From NCBI GenBank assembly GCA_964016885.1, contig OZ024747.1, positions 44,516,001 through 44,580,000 of the forward strand: 64,000 bases of DNA, written 5' to 3'. The notes under the pieces were generated by a model. The model worked only from the letters and a program-made list of their open reading frames with translations, did not search any database and had not been told where the DNA came from. The DNA comes from Eledone cirrhosa. Taxonomy: Eukaryota. The position numbers and the translations under genes are program-made. Every line of letters begins with the position of its first letter. Position 1 is the stretch's first letter. Shown here piece after piece: positions 63,136 to 64,000 of the stretch.

Positions 63136-64000
63136 AATGTTAGTTATCTAAAGTCTTGATTATTTTTTAAATTAATTCTAACACACTGGCAGTATCTTTC
63201 ATTACAAGAACTTTTTCAGATTATCTCATAATAAACTCTATTGTTGTGCATGTTCTTTCATGTGTATGTGTGTGTTTGTGTGAGTGTGTATGAAATTGTG
63301 TAAGAGAGCATGAGTGTGAAAGTGTTACACTCTAATGTGTGTACATGTTTATGAGAGTAAGTGTATGTGTGTATGAGTATGAATGTGTGTCCATGTATGT
63401 GTATGAAAGTGTGAATGCGTGCATGTATGTCTGTATATGTGAGAGTAGGTATGTGAGTATGTGAGAGTGTTAGTGTGTGTGTAAAGTTCTCTTGTCAAAG
63501 TAAACCTGTGACTATTTATGACTAATTGTCTAGAATTATAGAAATGGATATTTTTCTTCATTTGATGACACAAGGGCAATATATTTGACATTAAGAAAAG
63601 TTTTATTGACATACAATTAAGATTTTCTATTTATTTCTTCCTGTAAATTACTATTTATATGTGAAGAACAGTTTTATAATAACATTCACGATATAGTTTG
63701 ATAAAATCTATACCAACGAAGGAAAAGTGTTTTTAAAACTCAATAACAAAATATATGACAATACAGAAAATTATTTCAATAAAAATGATTAACATTGTTT
63801 AAGTACAGAGATATTTTCCTAGAGTTATTTTCAGCAGAGAAAATCTTTCAGAATTAGCTTATAATGTAAAAATGAATGAGCTTAGATAGGATTTATTTCA
63901 GAAAAATAGAAACATTACTAAATGGGCATTTTAAAATAAATGCAACTTTACAGTTGTCTTTAATGAATAATTATCGGACTGAAATATTTGAATAGAAATT

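Overview
AT-rich, repeat-dominated animal DNA, most likely an octopus or related cephalopod (inferred from the SINE families, the RTE LINEs with (GAT)n tails and the dense (TA)n/(TG)n/(CAT)n tracts). The only long intact ORF is a 1061-aa RTE-clade LINE protein (53267-56452) with an AP endonuclease, a reverse transcriptase and an inserted PHD-like finger; a near-identical truncated copy lies at 43084-44358. The rest consists of tRNA-derived SINEs, TTAA- and hAT-type MITEs, decayed RTE/CR1/Tx1/Penelope-like fragments and a ~10 kb run of related minisatellites (19.8-29.9 kb). Five copies of a non-autonomous 5'+3' RTE derivative are present, three of them inside that satellite run. There are also two possible host exons on the minus strand. 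The most notable unannotated signal is a set of about ten type-I hammerhead-ribozyme-like folds from several sequence families. They mostly lie just upstream of AATAAA/ATTAAA and a microsatellite at the ends of Penelope-like remnants, and two cap the arms of a ~1.2 kb fold-back (59823-60987). All calls were read by eye; no searches or folding programs were run.
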